Assembly: GCA_045544655.1 (NCBI GenBank)
Contig: JAZPZL010000051.1
Coordinates: forward strand, 1-35,727
DNA: 35,727 nt
Reading direction: 5' to 3'
From: Eubacteriales bacterium
GTDB lineage: Bacteria; Bacillota; Clostridia; Oscillospirales; SIG627
The notes under the pieces are model-generated. The model made no database searches. It saw nothing but the letters and a program-made list of their open reading frames with translations, and was not told the DNA's origin. The position numbers were made by a program, and so were the translations under genes. Shown in pieces: positions 34,738 to 35,727 of this stretch; the stretch's first letter is position 1, and every line of letters begins with the position of its first letter.

Positions 34738-35028
34738 TTACAGATTGTCGTATTTATCCGTGTGGATGATGTATTTTTCCTTGATCGCCTTCAGGTCTGC
34801 GATGTGGGGCTGAGTGATATGCACCTGCTGATGTGCGCGGCTTTCCCATTCCTCGAAGAGAAGCACCGTATCCTCATCCCAGGATTTGAAATAATATTCG
34901 TAGCGCAGACAGCCGTCCTCGCGGCGGACCTTGTTGGCAACGCCGGATTCCTCCAATTCCTTGACGAAGGCTCTGCCGCAGCCGTCCTTTGCCAGGTAAA
35001 TAACGGTGAGAGAGTAAGTGTTTGCCAT
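34738..35028 (-). CDS. antibiotic-biosynthesis-monooxygenase (ABM) domain protein
   Basis: 96 aa with the ABM/quinol monooxygenase-like pattern C.RYEYY......V.L.E.W.S..A...H. Confidence 0.6.
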   Translation of the reverse strand: MANTYSLTVIYLAKDGCGRAFVKELEESGVANKVRREDGCLRYEYYFKSWDEDTVLLFEEWESRAHQQVHITQPHIADLKAIKEKYIIHTDKYDNL

Positions 35029-35043
35029 CGTGATTCTCCTTTC

Positions 35044-35727
35044 TTAAAGCTCGACCCACTCGCCGTGGCGGGGGGTGATGAAGGTGCCGTCGGGCACTCT
35101 TGCAAGATATGCGTTTTTAAAGGCTTCCACCACAGCGGGATCGTCTACCCCGTGAAAATCGTGATGGTGAGGGATGACCACCTTCGCGCCGATGGCGGCG
35201 GCAAAATCTGCCCGCTGTTCTGCACGGGAAAGTGCGGCGCGCTGAATGATGGCAATATCGGGGGCTTCCGCCTTGCAAATGGCGATCTGCTCGGGAGTGG
35301 GCGCGCTGCCCCACATCAGGATCTTGACTCCGCTGGGCAAGGTGAACAGGTAGTTTCGGTATTCAAAGCAGCCGATCTCCTGCATTTTTAAAATATAGGG
35401 GTCTTTTTGACAAACGTCTACGTGGGGAGCGCGCTCTTCTACGTAGTCGCGAATGCCCCATTTATCGTTTCCGGTATGCCTGCCGTAGAGGGCTTTTACC
35501 TTGAAAGCCTTGAAATCCAGCTCGGTGCCGGGGTACATAGGGTATACCTTGGAGGGCCAGATGTTCAACCATCTTGCAATTTCAAGGGACCCCAACAGCT
35601 TTCCAGTCACATGTTCTTCACCCCAAAACACTGCTTTTGTGGGAAGGGCGGCATTGCGATCGTTAAGCGGAAAGAGGTCACTAACCCAAGGAGCACGCAG
35701 CGCAGATAAAGCAACGCCCAACATACA
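35044..35727 (-). CDS. MBL-fold-like hydrolase, C-terminal part (open to right window edge)
   Basis: Frame is open to nt 35727. VVIPHHHDFHG near the C-terminus. The N-terminal HxHxDH region would lie outside the window. Confidence 0.5.
   Translation of the reverse strand, partial: CMLGVALSALRAPWVSDLFPLNDRNAALPTKAVFWGEEHVTGKLLGSLEIARWLNIWPSKVYPMYPGTELDFKAFKVKALYGRHTGNDKWGIRDYVEERAPHVDVCQKDPYILKMQEIGCFEYRNYLFTLPSGVKILMWGSAPTPEQIAICKAEAPDIAIIQRAALSRAEQRADFAAAIGAKVVIPHHHDFHGVDDPAVVEAFKNAYLARVPDGTFITPRHGEWVEL

Noticed and set aside
33637-35391. 584-aa + strand ORF spanning three minus-strand genes
   Set aside because: It crosses the boundaries of the G1P dehydrogenase, ABM and MBL-like genes, all of which have clear motifs on the minus strand. 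It is an antisense artefact.
1-35727. Interpreting the whole window as one prophage or a PICI
   Set aside because: There are no integrase, att-like flanking repeats, replication, tail or lysis genes. The 19 kb between the head operon and terS is made of sporulation and metabolic operons with their own signals, on both strands.
1-35727. CRISPR arrays, tRNA/rRNA genes, IS elements
   Set aside because: I found no regularly spaced direct repeats, no cloverleaf-like conserved tRNA boxes in intergenic regions and no transposase-like ORFs. The only notable repeats are the 18-bp operators, the 35-nt motif pair and the 98-nt paralog tract.

Overview
35.7-kb chromosomal window, apparently from a spore-forming Firmicute. 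It looks Clostridia-like: it carries dipicolinate synthase dpaA/dpaB and a sigma factor paired with a DUF4367-type anti-sigma. GC is moderately high by eye, with a visibly AT-richer islet at about 8.15-11.1 kb. All calls rest on ORF context, Shine-Dalgarno sites and motif recognition; no database search was possible. I support about 37 protein genes, one TPP riboswitch, several sigma-A-like promoters and intrinsic terminators. I see no rRNA, tRNA, CRISPR array, IS element or integrase.

Gene content, left to right:
- A partial hypothetical gene, a SAM methyltransferase and an MBL hydrolase.
- A six-gene phage-type head operon (portal-like, scaffold-like, capsid-like and three unknowns).
- An XRE regulator with twin operators, a sigma-70/ECF-like factor with its DUF4367 anti-sigma, a small secreted protein, and an XRE plus 77-aa pair.
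- dpaB-dpaA.
- Three tandem ceramidase-like paralogs (one cytoplasmic, two lipoproteins).
- AraC plus a two-module QueG/RdhA-like Fe-S protein.
- An AraC / membrane protein / LarA / GH20-like operon, followed by two HAD hydrolases.
- A small terminase, then thiN-thiT on the opposite strand under a TPP riboswitch, then a large terminase.
- A QueG-like reductase, a PaaI thioesterase and a lipoprotein.
- A GDPD / glycerol-1-phosphate dehydrogenase / ABM / MBL operon.

Main hunt result: intact phage head-assembly and DNA-packaging genes are dispersed over 28 kb of otherwise cellular genes. No integrase, replication, tail or lysis genes are visible. The head operon and terS carry the same 35-nt promoter-like element (29/35 identical) at the same distance from their start codons. 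terS and terL are split by a thiamine-salvage cassette. I read this as a candidate domesticated capsid/packaging system (GTA-like or PBSX-like) rather than a prophage; this is inference and needs comparative and experimental checks.
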